Assembly (NCBI GenBank): GCA_013265495.1
Contig: MU063444.1
Location: 880,195-944,194, forward strand
From: Vicugna vicugna
Taxonomy: Eukaryota
Direction of reading: 5' to 3'
DNA: 64,000 nucleotides
Every line of letters starts with the position of its first letter. Position 1 is the stretch's first letter. Of the stretch, positions 11,955 to 24,750 are shown piece after piece. The translations under genes were made by a program, and so were the position numbers. The notes under the pieces were generated by a model. That model was not told where the DNA came from and ran no database searches. It was given only the letters and a program-made list of their open reading frames with translations.

Positions 11955-12120
11955 CTCATCTGGGTTCAAACCGCTGATCCAACATTTTTTAGCTGTTATG
12001 ACCTTAAATAAGTAACTTCATTCTCAGAGCCTCAGTTTACCCATCTGTGAAATGGCTGTAATAATGCTAGTCTCAGGGTTATTATGAGGTCAAGTAGAAT
12101 TACATACATAAAAAATTTAG
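11955..12120 (+). mobile_element. MIR, interrupted at its 3' end by an L1
   Basis: ctgggttcaaacc...tgaccttaaataagt...gcctcagtttacccatctgtgaaatgg...gttattatgagg; remainder resumes near 12476. Confidence 0.8.
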
Positions 12121-12128
12121 GCATCACT

Positions 12129-12462
12129 TACTGATATGTAGAATCTAAAAAAACAAGGAGAACAGTAATGAACTCATCTATGAAACAGAAACAGATTCGC
12201 AGACATAGTAAACAGTCTTACGGTTATGGGGGAAGTAGGGTGGGAAGGGATAAATTTGGGAGTTTGAGATTTGCAAATGTTAGCCACTATATATAAAAAT
12301 AGCTTTAAAAGTTTCTTCTGTATATCACAGGGAATTATATTTAGTATCTTATAATAACCCTTAATGAAAAAGAATATATGCGTGTATATGTTTGACTGGG
12401 ACATTGTGCTATATACCAGAAATTGACACATTGTAACCGACTGTACTTCAGTTAAAAAAAAA
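12129..12462 (+). mobile_element. 5'-truncated L1 3' UTR with TSD
   Basis: tgatatgtagaatctaaaa...aatgaactcatctatgaaacagaaacag...cttcagttaaaaaaaaa; exact 11-bp TSD TAGGCATCACT at 12118-12128 and 12465-12475. Confidence 0.9.
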
Positions 12463-13619
12463 TGTAGGCATCACTGACATTTGGTAATCCCTGCTAAATG
12501 CCAGTGGTAATTGTGTCCAAACTCCTGAACCTGTGGTGGTGGTTATCACATTGTCACTCTGCATTTCCCTTGTTTAAGGAACTAACTATTAAAGGGAATA
12601 AAATTGCCTGTCAATCTGCTGGAAAACAATTTGGAGATGGAGAAGAACCTGGAAACACTAATGGCTGTGTGTTGTCTGGGTGAGAGGTTTTTCACTTGTT
12701 GAGTGAGGAGGCGGGAATGAAGCATCTGTGAAGTCCATTCTAAAGTGAAAATTCTATGTGGATGAGGGGGTGCTGTTTGCTTGTGCAGAGACACACATCT
12801 CCTTGAGGAAGGGCCTCAACTGCACTCCAGAAGGAGGGGATCCCAGGCTCTGGTGCAGTTATCTCTGCAGGACACGCTGTCCCAGAACATTCTCCAGCTC
12901 AGGACAGCCCAGTCCTGGGAGAGGGGACCAGTGCATCCCAGGTCTTGGGGAGTCAGGCCTCCTGTTTTAAAGCCCAAAATTGCTGATTGTGGCTGTGATT
13001 CAGACTTACCATGTAGGAAGATGAAACAGTGTCCACCAGCTCATTTGTGACCAAGATGCTCAGTGTAGAAGCCAAAAATCACTTGACTTGGAAACAATTT
13101 CTGTGTTAGAATGGTAGAATTATGGAGGATTGATTTTTTTCTATTTAGTTTCATATTATAAAATTGTCACACTTCAGTCTTATGAGAGGACATAGGCATA
13201 AGACGAAACAAAGGTAAATTAATGCAATTGTATGCAAATACTTGGATAAACTCTGCATAAGAAGGGCCTCATGACACCTGGATGTTGTACAAATGTAAAC
13301 AGAAAAAGTGCACACATTGTGTTAGCAAAGGCCTGGATATGAACCCAGCTTCAGTGCTTTCTGAGTGACCAGTGCCCGGGCATGCCTCTTCTCAGAATGT
13401 CAGTCTCCTTATCTGTCAAAGGGACAGGGCTTGCCTGATTCACCAATGATGCAGGCTCAGTGAGACGACGTGTGTGAACTGCCTGGCAAAGTCGGTTTTC
13501 ATCCAAGGGCTGGGGGGGGTGTTGATGGTGTGAGAAGTGAGCTGTGAACAGTTCCTCAAGACTAGTGTTAGAAGTAGAAAACTCAGGGAGAATGTTCACT
13601 TCATTTTCAGTTAAGCATA

Positions 13620-13790
13620 TCTGGTCTTCCTATCCATCCATCCATCCATCCTTCACCTTATTTACTCATATATGCATGCATTCATTCATCCTCTTATTCA
13701 TCCCGCCGTTTTTCACCGAGTATCTTGCAGCGTGCAAGAGGCTGTTGATGCAGAGATGAACAAAACAGGTGATTTCACTTGGAGTTTGTA
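13620..13790 (-). mobile_element. L2 3' end with (ATCC)n/(CATT)n tail
   Basis: catccatccatcc...cattcattcatc...gagtatcttgcagcgtgc...gatgcagagatgaacaaaacag. Confidence 0.65.
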
Positions 13791-16700
13791 AACGTATTGC
13801 ATGAATGCAGAGGTGGCACCTTGCTTCCTTAAGCACTGTCTTATGTGTTGGGTTTTTAGATATAAAAACATGACAACATAAAACCGTAAAGCTTAGTCCC
13901 AGAATCAAAGGTACTAAAGAAGTTGATGTTCTGCATATGTCCAGAATTGAATAGTTATATATATGTGTGTATGTGTGTGAACATGTGTGTGTTTATATTT
14001 CTGCTAATCACTTACTGATACTAAGAGTAAAAGCAGTGTTTTTCGATATCATCTCATTCATTCTGTGCTTCCTGTCTATGTTACCAAGATATCCACATTT
14101 TCATGTTATGTACTGGAAATCTGCATCTTCAGAGATCAATTATTTTAGGTTTATGTTTAAGACTGAGATTAAGTCCAGAAGGATTATATGTCTAGGCAGT
14201 TACATGCTATTCTTAATTTTAAAAGTCAGTATTAAAGTATGTAAAACTCAATACTAAAAGAGGGAGCTGGGGGAAAAGAAGTACCCTGATCCTGAAAATA
14301 AACTACTCTACCCCTCTGGTCACTGCCCGGGTGCCCACTGGCTGAAGCCACCAAAAGTCAGAGGGCTATGGAGTCTGCTGACGTGGTTGCTCCAAGCCAG
14401 TCACCTGGTGGGCACAGTGGAGGGTGGACCTGGAGGGGCAAACAGAAGATTGTAAGCCTCCCCATTAATGTGATCATCAGCTCCAAGTATGTGAACTTGA
14501 GCAAGCAGTGTAATTTCTCTGGCATTCACATGTCAATAGGGAAAGAGGTAAAATATTCAAGAAGCATTTTAAACTGTTTTAGAACAACTGTAGCATCTTA
14601 CATATAGTATATATTCATAATGAATAAGACAAAACTCCCATCTCCTCCAGGTGCTCCTTCTGACCATACATTTTCACCTTTCCCTACCCATATGCCGAGG
14701 ATAAAAAAGAACATGAATGAACTACCCCAGTTTGAATTCCACTTCCCTCCTATCTACCTCATCGCGGAGAATTTAAAGACAGGGATAATGGCCAAAATTT
14801 TCAAATCAGTGGAAAGAAATTGAGACTAATGCACGTTGCCTGACTGTGTGTTGTTATTATTTGATGTGATTTCATAAAAACTGTATCAGGCAGATAATAT
14901 TAGCAGCATGGTATAGTAAATGTACCCACCTAGGTCATTTCTTTTCTCTGTCGTGTTTAGGATGGTAAAAGAGGATTTATAGATACAGTAACATAGATAA
15001 TTGTGCATATATAGATAGGGTAGATTGCTGTGCTGTGTTTTTAGAATTATGATTTAGACTGTAAGTCAAATAGAAAGCCAAATGGAAACATCTTAAAAAT
15101 TCATCTCAGAGAAAGTTCAGAGGGAATCCGTTGTCTTCACAAGAAAGAAAGCTGCACCATCAAGGTTCTGGGGTCACCAGGCTGATTTTTAAAGAAATTC
15201 TTACTCATTCCTTGTGGCAGGCATTCTGTGCTGTCTGCATGGATGAGACTCCTGCTGTGAATAAAACCAGGTCTGAGGTTTGGCTTCAGTTTATCATATT
15301 ACATCGATGAATAATTCATGAGTCATTCTGTTGACCATAGAGCCAGTTAAGGAATTCTAATAAGTGCATGATTTCTGCTTCCTAGGGTAAAGCAGGGTTG
15401 GCATTTGCAACCTTTCTGGGCAATAAGATGCCACTAAAAATGTAACTGATGGTTACGGATCTTCGCTATTCCTAAATATTCATCACCTCAAAGCACAGTA
15501 TCGGGTGCCTGCATTTCTGGGACTATTAGCTACAAGATGTTGGCAACATGTGAAACTTCAGTTGCTTCTTAACAGTATCTTACATTCACATGAGTAAGAC
15601 TTAGTGACTCACAAGACAATTTGGAATAAATATGGATATTCACCCTGGAATTTTCTCTTTCAATGGCAATAATTATTAACAACACTAGTTCCTCAGCTAG
15701 TAATTTTTGGCAGTTTAGTTCTTATTCAGAATGTGCTGAAGATGTGATTATTGTTAGTACTGCTGTCTTTCCCGGCATGTAATTATTCCCGTATTAATTT
15801 AACTTCTTTTTTATTGGGTGAAAATAGTACTGTATCAGCAGAGGGATATGGTTTTAAAGTATCACTGACACAAAATGATTTTAGCATAGAGTTCAACTTT
15901 AACTGTGGTGATTCTCAGTTACTTTCAAAAGTCATAAACATTGCCTGTTGCGTGCCACCCCTTAGAGCCCTCAGAGATGAGTTCACTGTATAGTTAAAAC
16001 CATTAACCCTTTGAACTCCAGGTGTGGTTCTAGACCCAGGCTTGGTGCTGATGAGGGCTGGTACTAACTGATGCCCTTGAATTGAGACCTGGGGCAGCAT
16101 CCAGTGCATCCATGAAATTAGCAGTGTGTGTCATAGACCTCTAGTGTAAAAAGAGAAATTCAGGCAAGCTGCATTTTGTGCATTGATAGATGTCAGACCT
16201 GTGTGACACTGGAGGCTTTATTTTGTCAGGATACGGGTACTGGCATAAAGACACTGAACAGGTAGCATCTCAGTTTGAGACAATAGGTTAAAAGTGGGTG
16301 GTGTGCACTGTGGATTTGGGGGCCCTGCACGGCGGAGTTTGACGGATGCCTCGCACAGCAGTCTGTTTGATCTGCCGGTCGTTAGGTGACCTTGGCACTG
16401 TGCAAAGTGGGGTACGGCCCCTCCCTGATTAAATGCAGCTTGTCTCTCTTACATTGTGAAAGTGACCGTGGACTCTCTGTTCCGCCTAGGATTTATGATT
16501 CCTCAATGCCATATGTTTGTGTTGACATAAACACAATTTCTTCCCAGAAATTTGGCGCAAGCCTGGCCACCTGCTGACTGGGGACAGGGCTTCTTCAAGA
16601 TCACCAAGAAATCAATTCCCGCTCCAGGCTAATCACATCTCTGTTTGAGTTTAATGCTCTTATCTTTAAGTGGGTAGCTCTGTAATCTTGTCAAAGGCGT

Positions 16701-17063
16701 TTATTTGGAAGAAAAATGCTTTATAACCTATCTTTGTGTTTTTTATTGAACTCTGTATTGATTTTTTTCTTAAATGTTACCAGAATCCTCACATCTGTCA
16801 CCTGGATCCCTGGCCTCTTTTATGTTCTAAGTTGTAGCATTTTCCCACTTTCAACATGATGTTTGATGCAGGAGTTGCTTATTACCCCATTTTTGAAAGA
16901 AGGTAGAAAAATAGGAAATTACACAGGGGAGAGAGGAGGCTGTTTATAGAAATGGCCCCTGGGTTCATTGAACTTTAGTGTTGAATGATGTGTGAAAACA
17001 AACTCAGTAGCCGTGGAATATTTAAGTTTTTCCTATGTCACTTGTGGAGCACTCAACCCAGAT

Positions 17064-17183
17064 CTTTTAAAAAAATAATTTTTATCTTTTTAAGCTTTTT
17101 TTTTAACGAAGATTCTGGAGATTGAACTCACAACCTCGTGCATGCTAAGCATGCGCTCTACCACTGAGCTATACCCACCCCGC
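17064..17183 (-). mobile_element. Vic-1-type SINE, short tail, diverged B box
   Basis: Reverse complement GGGTATAGCTCAGTGGTAGAGCGCATGCTTAGCATGCACGAGG...; exact 12-bp TSD CTCAACCCAGAT at 17052-17063 and 17184-17195. Confidence 0.92.
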
Positions 17184-17644
17184 CTCAACCCAGATTTTTA
17201 ATGAGTTTGTCCCTCTTGGGATTTGCACTGTTCGGTAATTAAAACTGAGCAGCTGGCTTGACAAGTATGGTCAGATGAACAGTGTTTTGTCACACATTCT
17301 GCTGGAGGATGCAGGTGCCATTTAATAGGTAATTTTTAAATGGCAAGTAAACTGGCAGTCGATTATATTTTCAAATGAACACAGCCAGCCCAGAAGTACT
17401 TTGTCACCATTAATTAGCATCAGTGGGATACTTCCGTAATGAACATTAACGTCAGTGGTGAAGAGATTCCTGCAAGATCCGAGTAAAGTCTTCGATGAAC
17501 GTGGGCCACTATGGTTGTTCCTGAGGAAGCAAAGGTGAGCACAGCTCACAGCCCAGGGGGCAACACACATTGGTGAAAGAATCACTTTCCAAAGAAGGAA
17601 GTGCGACATCACAGCCGTGGCTCAGGTTGTGGAGGAGAAGGGCC

Positions 17645-18010
17645 ATCATGCTGCTTGGAATGGGTTCTCTGGAAGCAGAGCCTGAGGCCAGGATTCGGAT
17701 GCCTGTGATTTGTCAGAGGAGGGGTGCTCTCTGGAGAAGGGGGTGTCCAAATTAGGGCTGAGGCAGAGAAGAGTGAGGTCTCAGCTGGACCAAGCTTCAA
17801 CCTCATCCCACGGGAGCTCTGGAGCTTGAGTTGCATCAGAGTTGCCCCACCTTAAGGCAACAGACTGGCATCTTGTAGTCTCCCCTACCTTGCACTGGTC
17901 AGACATTAAACAGGGTCTGACCTGGGGTGGATGGGTATGGCCCCTGGGCAAGGGGGCTTCTGTAAGGCCAAGGGCAAGGTTCCAGAGAAGAAGGGCAGCG
18001 ACCAAGAGAA
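17645..18010 (-). mobile_element. ERVL LTR relic (LTR16/LTR33-like)
   Basis: gggttctctggaagcagagcctgaggccaggattc and cccacgggagctctggagc...cagagttg motifs. Confidence 0.5.
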
Positions 18011-19189
18011 TGAGTACATTGTTGGGGGAGACCACTGTAGATGCTAAGAGAACATGTGATATGAAGTTCTCCTTTACTCTGAACCCTCTGTTGGCCCCCA
18101 TCTCACTCAGAAAAAGAGCCAAATCTGAAAAGGACTGCCAAAGTCTGTGGGACCTGGTGTCCCCTCTGACCTCATGTCAAGGATGTCTTTGGGTTCAATG
18201 TGATATTCATGGTCACTCGTGTTAACCTGGCCCTGGCTGGGTTTTCAGTTATCTTTTTTATTGAAACAGCAGCATGTATTTTGGATATTATTTTACATTT
18301 CATCAGTGTGTGTTGCGGCCCCCGGTTCTGTTGTGTCAACATTTTTATTCCAAAGACCTGTAAGTGCCCTCGAATTTTGCTTTAAGTTAAAGCTTGACAT
18401 ATGGTGTGACTTTCCTGGCTCCAGAGAAATCTTTTCTCCTTCATCAGACATAATCAGAATGACTGTCTTCATTTGAAGTTGGCCCAGGGTAGAGAATCTT
18501 TGAGGTCAAAATTTGTTTTCAATTTCACACAAAAAAGATTGCTGGATACCGTGGGCCTCCTTATCTGGGCTGTATCCCAACCTGACAGCTGCCTTTCCTT
18601 CCACATTTGGGTTTGTCTCTTAGATCTCCACTGTCTGGGCTCTTTTCACAGCTTTTTTTTCCCTCAATATTAGCACTTTATTGTTTGATATCTAATAATT
18701 TTTTTCCTCCTTGCATTCTTCACCTTTCTGAGTTCTGTTTTCACACCCAGTCTCCATAATCAAGGGAGACTATGGGAATCTGGGGTTTTTTGTCAAAATG
18801 AGAGGCTGCCTCATACCTGACCCACCGTTCACGTTGTTGGGGTCTGGGTGTTGAGGTCATCGGAGCCTTCCTTTGAGATGTTTTGAATTGTTTTCAGTAT
18901 GGGCCTGGCTGCTAGATTGGACACACTGTTTCTGAACAGACAATTTCATCTGACAGGTTTCCTCCAATTCCAGGAATGTATGTTACTTACAAGACATATG
19001 TCTGAGGACTCATTTAACCTTGGATGTGAGGCCACATCAGCACATGAGTGTGTTCCACTTGTGGGACCCAGTGCGAGGGCCCACGGGGTGGGGAGACTTC
19101 GGCACACAGGAGGAGCTTGGGAGGTATACGCAGGTTGAATAAAAGTGGACTGGATGGGTTGGAGAACACGTGGATGAACCAACACGTGA

Positions 19190-19330
19190 TGATGATGACT
19201 GTACTATGCCTCGGTGTCCTCCTCTGTACACTGGGGCCAGACGTATCTTCTGAGAGTATTAAATGAAATGATGTCTGTAAAGTGCTTAACAGAATGACGG
19301 ATGTAACAGTGTTAGAGCACTGCTTAGTAA
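19190..19330 (+). mobile_element. MIR
   Basis: gcctcggtgtcctcctctgtacactgggg...attaaatgaaatgatgtctgtaaagtgcttaacag. Confidence 0.7.
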
Positions 19331-20719
19331 AGGTATGTACAGAACAGGGAGAAAGTAATCAATTCTACAGAGAGTGGTGGGTGGACAAGTGTATCCAAGA
19401 ATTAATAGGTTGGTCCTGAGATTTGAACGGGGTTTTGTGGGTCTACCCCCCCCATTCACCACCTCGGTCGGCAGTAACACCCAAGTCTGTTGGTGGCACC
19501 ATGTACATTTCTGTGGGATGAGAAACTAGACCCCTATAGATAGATTTGATCCCCTAATATTGCTTTGCTTTTTTTTGTTAATGAAATAGTCGGTTTTGTT
19601 ACCAAAGGAACCACTTACAGCTGTGGTTAAACATTATTTACAGATACTCAGTGGTCTTGATTGTGCTAAACAGCAGTAGTTGCTAATCATTGTATTTCCG
19701 AAGCCCAGGGCCTGCCAAGTCTCTTGGGAATGACATGAAATATTTTCATAGCAAATATAGTAATTTCAGCATCATAAAACAGCTACTAGGGAAATCTAAC
19801 CAGTAAAAATTATTAATCTTAAAAACTATTTTGAAGAAGGGGAGGTGTGTTTTTGGTATCTGCTCTAGATACTAAATTTTTTTCAGTTTTTCAGTGTCAT
19901 CAATTCTGTGCTTTTTGTTGTTGTTGCCTGAATCATGATCTCATGGTCCTAATTACTAGACCCTGTTTCCTCTGAAAATGGAATCTTGAAAACACTTTCT
20001 CGTTTCCGAGGCAAAATTATATCAGGGCGTGTTGACAAATTCTCAGGATTATTTACCCAGCAATGTCCAACTCATAGATGAGAAGATACCGTAAGTTTGA
20101 ATTGTCTAGGATAATATGGAAAAGCATTTTTTGTGATTATAAATGGGTAGCAAGTGTTTAACCAAAGATTAGAAATATTTAAAACCTAGAGCAGTCATAG
20201 AAACTTATTTCTTCTGAAAGCTTTTTGAAATTTTGCTTTAGATGAGGCTTAATCCATAACCAAATACCGTTGCTAAATAAAAACCTGAAATACAGGTTTC
20301 TGATATTTGAGAAGGTGGCCCTGGATTACATTTCGGTCTTTCTGTGATCCAGGTCCTTTATCCCTTCCAGTGTCTGAGCACTCTAGGAGGCACTAAATTA
20401 AACACCATCAGGGAAATGGGAAATAGTACTGCAACCCAAGAAAGAAAATGTAAAACAAGGCAAAAGGTAATATTGGTTTCCTTGGTCAAAGCTGTCTCCC
20501 TCGGAGATCAGGTATATCATGTATACCTGAATATATGCTTACCTCTGTGCTGAATAACGTATTTATTAACACTAAAGTTTGCATAATATGAGATACTGAT
20601 TAGAAATATTCTCCATCAGAAATTACTAGGTTTAGTTTCTTATGTGAGACTAGTTTGACTCCACCGGTTTTAGTTCCTGGAGCCTCTCCTGCTGTGATCA
20701 CCATGATGCTTGACCTCTT

Positions 20720-20950
20720 CTGTTGATTTATTTAGTCAATGAATAGCTGACAGCCTGCTGCTGGGCCCCGTGGGAGGGCTGGGCCTGCCCTGGTGAGCCA
20801 CCCAGACAGAGCCCTGCCCTCATGGAGGTGGTGTTCTCGTGGAGGGGACAATTAGCAAACACGGGAGCAGATACATAAAGTCATTTATTACAGATTGTGA
20901 TAAGGGCTGGGGAAGAAATAAATAGAGCTCAGATGGACATTAACGGGGAC
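20720..20950 (-). mobile_element. L2 3' end
   Basis: ttatttagtcaatgaatagctgacagcctg...ccctgccctcatggagg...cagattgtgataagggctggg. Confidence 0.65.
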
Positions 20951-21759
20951 ATATTCTCTGCAAAATATGTGAGGACATGAACCTTTATGTCACTTGATTC
21001 CCCAATATAAACACCCCATGAGAAATTTAATTTTGAGTTAGGTGCCCGGAAATGCTACCTTCTGTGACGAACTGGTGAGCTTTCTTCTTTGTGGAACTGG
21101 AAAGTATGTAATTTACCTTATTTCCCTTTTTTGCTATGGCTTTTAGGAAGCTTGGAGAAAACTTTGATGCCCAATAAAAGCATAGAAGTATGTCTTCTGG
21201 TTAGTATATTTGTGGAGCAGATGAGCTAGTTACTACCCTGGCCCTTGCACCCCCACCCCGAGAGGTGCTTGTAAGGTGGTAGGTTTTGGGGGCAGGCCAA
21301 GGGCCAGCCTAGACGGACCAGAGAAAAGTTGTTCCAGGCTGGAGCAGAGATGTTTGAAGGAATTCTTAAAAGGAAGTTTCTCAGTATGATGTGCAGCATA
21401 ACTCACACCTCCATTTCTGCACAACCTTCTCAATAAGATTGACATGACTTTCTAGTGTTTGGTAGGAATTCAATTTGTGTTTTGAGGATGCGTCCAAGTG
21501 TTGAGACTGGCCTGAAACTGGCCATAGAGGTAAAGCAGATGTCCCGAAGAGGCCGGCCTCATCCTGGTTACATTTGGTTCCTGACCCTTTTCTCTCTTTT
21601 TGTTACTACTTCTTTTCCTAGTTTATTGATTTTATTGTATTTATACATTTATGTATAAGAACGTTGGTTTAGAACTATAAACAAATCTCTGTCCATCTGT
21701 CTCTCTACTTCCATGAGAACCTAAGTTGTGATAAGCAAACAGAACGGAATTAAAATCCT

Positions 21760-22210
21760 TACTCTGACACCCACCCGCAGTATCCCTGGACAGGGTGCTT
21801 CGTAGTAGGTGCAGCAGGGCCCCGCCCAGGTCCCCTTTCTAAGTTCAGTGCACACGTACCCCAGTGGCTCTGAGTGTTGGCTGCTGATGGCTCCCATCTC
21901 AAGAGAATTTTCCTCCCTAGAGATTATAAATCCCCTTTCGTCAGGAGTGGAGTGTCTTCCCAAAGACGTGTCTTGACTAATACAAGGGTACAGGTGGCTG
22001 TCCTTTCTTCTTAGAGTGGGACCAGCTCTGCAGGACAGGTCCCGCTCCAGAGCCCCCCATGGGATCAGACTGAAGCAGACTCTCGCGGAGATCACAGCTC
22101 TTCTTGCCTCCTTCCCCTGCCCTGTGCTGCTTCCTTTATGTCTCTTAAGAGCATCCCTACAATGAGTCATGTGCACTAAATCCCTGTCTCAGGATTTGCT
22201 CTTTGGGCCT
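21760..22210 (+). mobile_element. ERVL LTR relic (LTR16-like)
   Basis: Ends gagcatccctacaatgagtcatgtgcactaaatccctgtctcaggatttgctctttggg, matching the LTR16 3' end as I recall it. Confidence 0.6.
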
Positions 22211-22320
22211 CTCTTTTCTTATCTGTAAAATGAAAACGGCTCATCCCTCATAGAATTATTTTGAGGCTTAGGTGAAATAATACATGTATAATATCCAGAA
22301 AGACTTTAAAAAGCAGGCAT
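22205..22320 (+). mobile_element. MIR
   Basis: cctctcttttcttatctgtaaaatgaaaa...cctcatagaattattttgagg. Confidence 0.65.
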
Positions 22321-22515
22321 TCAAGAACTCATATGAATTGTTGCTAGGATGTAAGGCCACATCCCATAGATAAAGAAATGTTGAAAAACTGAAACCTTAC
22401 TGAAAGCTTTCAGAGTGTCTTGTTATTCATTCTGATTGTTCTAGTCATCGTGGTCCAATAACTGACATAGTTGAATGGCTGGGTGGTAGACCTTTTCCTG
22501 TATCTAAGTTCAGGG

Positions 22516-22529
22516 CTGCCCTCTAGTGG
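22516..22529 (-). promoter_or_regulatory. Canonical CTCF core motif CCACTAGAGGGCAG
   Basis: Plus strand CTGCCCTCTAGTGG; matches CCASYAGRKGGCRS at all 14 positions; lies between two MIR pieces. Confidence 0.5.
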
Positions 22530-22729
22530 ACTCTGTGTAAATGCTAATTGAGGACCATAAATTATGAAATATAACCCTTGCAGCCAAATGGCAAATGGTG
22601 GAAGATTGGTCTATCTAAGTTTCAGTCTCAACAAGCTTCTAGTGACTTCCAGAGACAAACTCCTGCAACGAGTTGTCCTCAGAATTTATATCTCTGTTCC
22701 CTTGGGGCTTAGGTTTTAGAACCATACGG

Positions 22730-22860
22730 AAACTTAGATCTCTGCTGCAACTTCTCATTTTTAGAGAAGAAACTCACAATTCAGAGAGGTGAAATGACTT
22801 GTTCACTGTCCCATGGTAAATGAGGAGAACCAAATTCTAATTCTGCCTTGGCCCTGGCTT
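22730..22860 (-). mobile_element. MIR
   Basis: ctcatttttagagaagaaactcacaattcagagaggtgaaatgacttg. Confidence 0.7.
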
Positions 22861-22989
22861 CCAATTCAGACCATTTTTATGCGATATGCTGTTGTCCTTG
22901 TAAACATGGATTCTTTCTCTATAAATCTCACTCATTTGTTTGATCATATTTTCTACTGTTTTTACTGCTTCCCTACATCTCCCCTCTGT

Positions 22990-23390
22990 ACTCACTTTTC
23001 TTTAACCACCTTGTTCTCTTGTTTTTCCAACACATCATGCAGAATTCCCACTTCCAGTTCTTTGCACTGTCTGTTCCCTCTGCCTACCATGCTGTTCCCT
23101 GCACTACCTTCAAGTCTTGGCTCGGATGTCTTCTTCTCACTCTGACCACCCTATTTAATATTGCAGGCCCCCACCATCAGCACTCCAGAACTTGCTTTCC
23201 CCTGGTCTACTTTTTCTATTTTCTGTAGTGCTTACCACCTTCTATCATACTATATAATTTACTTATTCATTGTGGAATATAATAAATAAAAGTGTCTGAG
23301 AGCAGAGATGTTTATCTCTTTTGCTTACTGACATAGTCCATGTGCATAGCACACGATAGGGACTCAGTAAGTATGTATTGGATTAATTAA
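22990..23390 (+). mobile_element. L2 3' end
   Basis: gttccctctgcctaccatgctg...ctgagagcagagatgtttatctcttttgcttactg...atagggactcagtaagtatgtattggattaattaa. Confidence 0.8.
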
Positions 23391-23599
23391 CCTTCCAAAA
23401 CGAATGTATCATCTAATGGAAGGGCCACTTACTTGCTTTAACGTGGAGGTACAACTCTCTGTGAAGTGTGAGAGAAGTTATACAAGTTTCTTGTGCTTTG
23501 TGAAAGACTAGGCCACTGCTGCCTTAACTCTGTCCACTCCCCAGCATTGCCATCACGGTTAGCTCAAGAGACCAGTTTCGAGAGCAAGGCTGGAGTTAG

Positions 23600-24750
23600 A
23601 ACTCCTCAATCACTCTCCCCTAAGAGGCCTCCAGGGCCATTCCATCAAGCCTTCATCCCTCTTTACCTGTCCCATGCCCACAAAGCCAAGCCTCCTCCAT
23701 CCCTCGACTTTCTCCCCAGGCAGTGCCGTTCAGCCTCTTCCCTGACTCCATTTTAACACCCCAGTTCCCCAGACCCTTCTGCTCCGCGTCCCAGAGCTCA
23801 CCACCATCAGCAGCAGAGGCCCTCCGTCCTCGACCCAGGCTTTGAAGGTTGCCATTGTAGCCTTGCTCTGAAGCGTGCCTCTCCCCTAGACACACTGCTG
23901 CTCCAAAGCTTTTTCAAATGGTGGCTGTGTCTTCCCTTCCTTGTTGTAACTCTGGGCCGGCTCCAGAACAGAACCCTGGGTTCTTTGAAGCATTTGCCAT
24001 CTGAATGTAATAACCACCACCCCTCCTTGTTCTGGCCATCTGTCAGCCTGGTAGCCAGTCTCCCTCCTTCACAGGACATTTTATTACCTGGACCTCTGTC
24101 TTAGTCTCAGCCATGATTCCTGTGACCCTTCTCTTCTTTGGGGACTTCAGCATCCCTGCAGTGACCCATCCAGCATCCTAGTCTCCAGTTCTCTGCCTTC
24201 CATTAACCTTCCCATCCACGTCCCTTCTGAAGTCCTTGTTGTCCTCGACATTGCTCAGCCTCCAAATTCTTGACCTCAAGCATCCCAGTCTCCAACCATT
24301 GCCTCCTGTCTGCTGGTGACCCCTCTCCAATAATTCTTCATCCCTGGGGTCCAGTAACTTCCACTTTTTCATTGTCAGGACCCCTTCCTGTCCTGACCAC
24401 ATCCTTACTAAGCTTGGACTCCATTAGTTAATTCATTTCTTTGCATTCACCTTTTGCCTCCGCTCCTTCAGCCAAACTTGCCTGGTTAACCTCCACCCGT
24501 GGTTAACCTCCAGTCTCCCTCTCACCCTCCCCTTCCACCTGGGCAGCTGAGTGTGGCTGGAGGGAAATATACCACCATGACTGCTTCAACTTTAAATTTA
24601 TCACAAGAGCCAGCAGGTCCTGAGCCCCACCTGTCATCCCTCAGTCATTTCCCTGGTCAAGCTCTGTTCTCCAAGATGCTGATTATTCATACTTTGTCCT
24701 CACTCCTCAGTCCTCCTCACCCTTGCCACCTCCTCATTCTCAGCTAATTA
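23600..24750 (+). mobile_element. L2 ORF2 endonuclease-region relic (short continuation at about 25140-25230)
   Basis: C/T-rich; degenerate APE motifs LLFFGDFSI (GDF at 24140-24148) and IPVSNHCLL (24282-24308, SDH-equivalent). Confidence 0.7.
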
